From sequence record OK499981.1: 24,000 nt of DNA; one strand, given 5' to 3'. The notes below the pieces were generated by a model that did no database searches, was not told the DNA's origin, and saw only the letters and a list, made by a program, of their open reading frames with translations. The first letter of the stretch is position 1. Each line of letters opens with the position of its first letter. Below, in pieces: positions 23,485-24,000 of this stretch. Source of the DNA: Klebsiella phage vB_KaeM_Merci. The translations under genes and the position numbers were made by a program.

Positions 23485-23731
23485 TTTGAGCCTCTAGCAT
23501 AAATTTAATTTCGCGTAACTGGCAACCAATATATTCGCTCAGATACACCTTTGGGTCATATCCTGTAAACCAAGTGATAGCATTAGCGTTATCCGCTATA
23601 TCACGAAGCTCATTCAGAACTGTATCAATTTTAATGTTAATAGCACGCTTAACATTGTCTGGTGCTTCAAACTTAGATTCTTGTAAGCCAACAATCATTG
23701 TTTGAAGGTCTTCTAATTTCAATTCAAACAT
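23477..23731 (-). CDS. Hypothetical protein between dda and dexA (dexA.1/dexA.2 position)
   Basis: 84-aa open frame, 8-nt overlap with dexA. Confidence 0.65.
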   Translation of the reverse strand: MFELKLEDLQTMIVGLQESKFEAPDNVKRAINIKIDTVLNELRDIADNANAITWFTGYDPKVYLSEYIGCQLREIKFMLEAQNG

Positions 23732-23737
23732 ATTACC

Positions 23738-24000
23738 TCACACATAGAATACATCATAACGACCACGAGTAGTACCAACATATAATAACTGTTGCGCGAG
23801 AGAAGCATCTGCCATGTGAATGCATGGAGTATAAATGAAACTTCTGTCAATTGAGATGCCCTGGGCCTTGTGGAAAGTCGAAGCTGGTAATGCCTTCACT
23901 TTATGAAACTTACGCTTAGCATCCCAGAACTCAGACCAAGGAGCTTTACCTCCTTTATTCCAATTCTTATATGTATCTGCAGTTTTTGCCAAAAAGAATT
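23738..24000 (-). CDS. dda: Dda DNA helicase, C-terminal part only (5' end outside window)
   Basis: SEFWDAKRKFHKVKALPASTFHKAQGISIDRSFIYTPCIHMADASLAQQLLYVGTTRGRYDVFYV matches the T4 Dda C-terminus. Confidence 0.95.
   Translation of the reverse strand, partial: FFLAKTADTYKNWNKGGKAPWSEFWDAKRKFHKVKALPASTFHKAQGISIDRSFIYTPCIHMADASLAQQLLYVGTTRGRYDVFYV

Noticed and set aside
1-24000. CRISPR arrays, tRNA genes, group I introns, toxin-antitoxin pairs or multi-gene defence systems
   Set aside because: None could be supported by reading the sequence. The only mobile-type element seen is the Seg-like endonuclease remnant.

Overview
The window is a segment of a T4-like (Tevenvirinae-type) myophage genome. 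The + strand carries the late distal tail-fibre and lysis block: 35, 36, 37, a gene-38-position tail-fibre chaperone, and holin t. From about 7.2 kb to the end, the - strand carries the early/middle block, in T4-like order when read right to left: dda (3' end), dexA.x, dexA, a small ORF, motB, cef/goF-like ORFs, small ORFs, 39 (fused 39+60 type), rIIA.1, rIIA, rIIB, denB, small ORFs, ndd, two small membrane ORFs (ac region), 52, motA, about eight small ORFs in the arn region, and asiA. I found seven sigma70-like early promoters (six with 17-nt spacing, one with 16 nt), two good MotA-box middle promoters, one clear TATAAATA late promoter, and several C(UUCG)G-type hairpin terminators. The best second-look items are: (1) a GIY-YIG/NUMOD3 Seg-like homing endonuclease upstream of gene 39, interrupted by one in-frame TGA at a position where Gly is expected; (2) several unlisted micro-ORFs, including a 41-aa Lys/Arg-rich ORF and a 29-aa ORF coupled at both ends; (3) a perfect 20-bp palindrome over the -10 of the motB-proximal early promoter, with a related arrangement at a second early promoter; (4) a GC-rich, non-T4 fibre tip in gp37; (5) a small early lipoprotein; (6) a possibly frameshifted micro membrane protein near 12.9 kb. 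No CRISPR array, tRNA or complete new multi-gene system is evident. All family calls are from remembered sequence motifs and synteny, not database searches.
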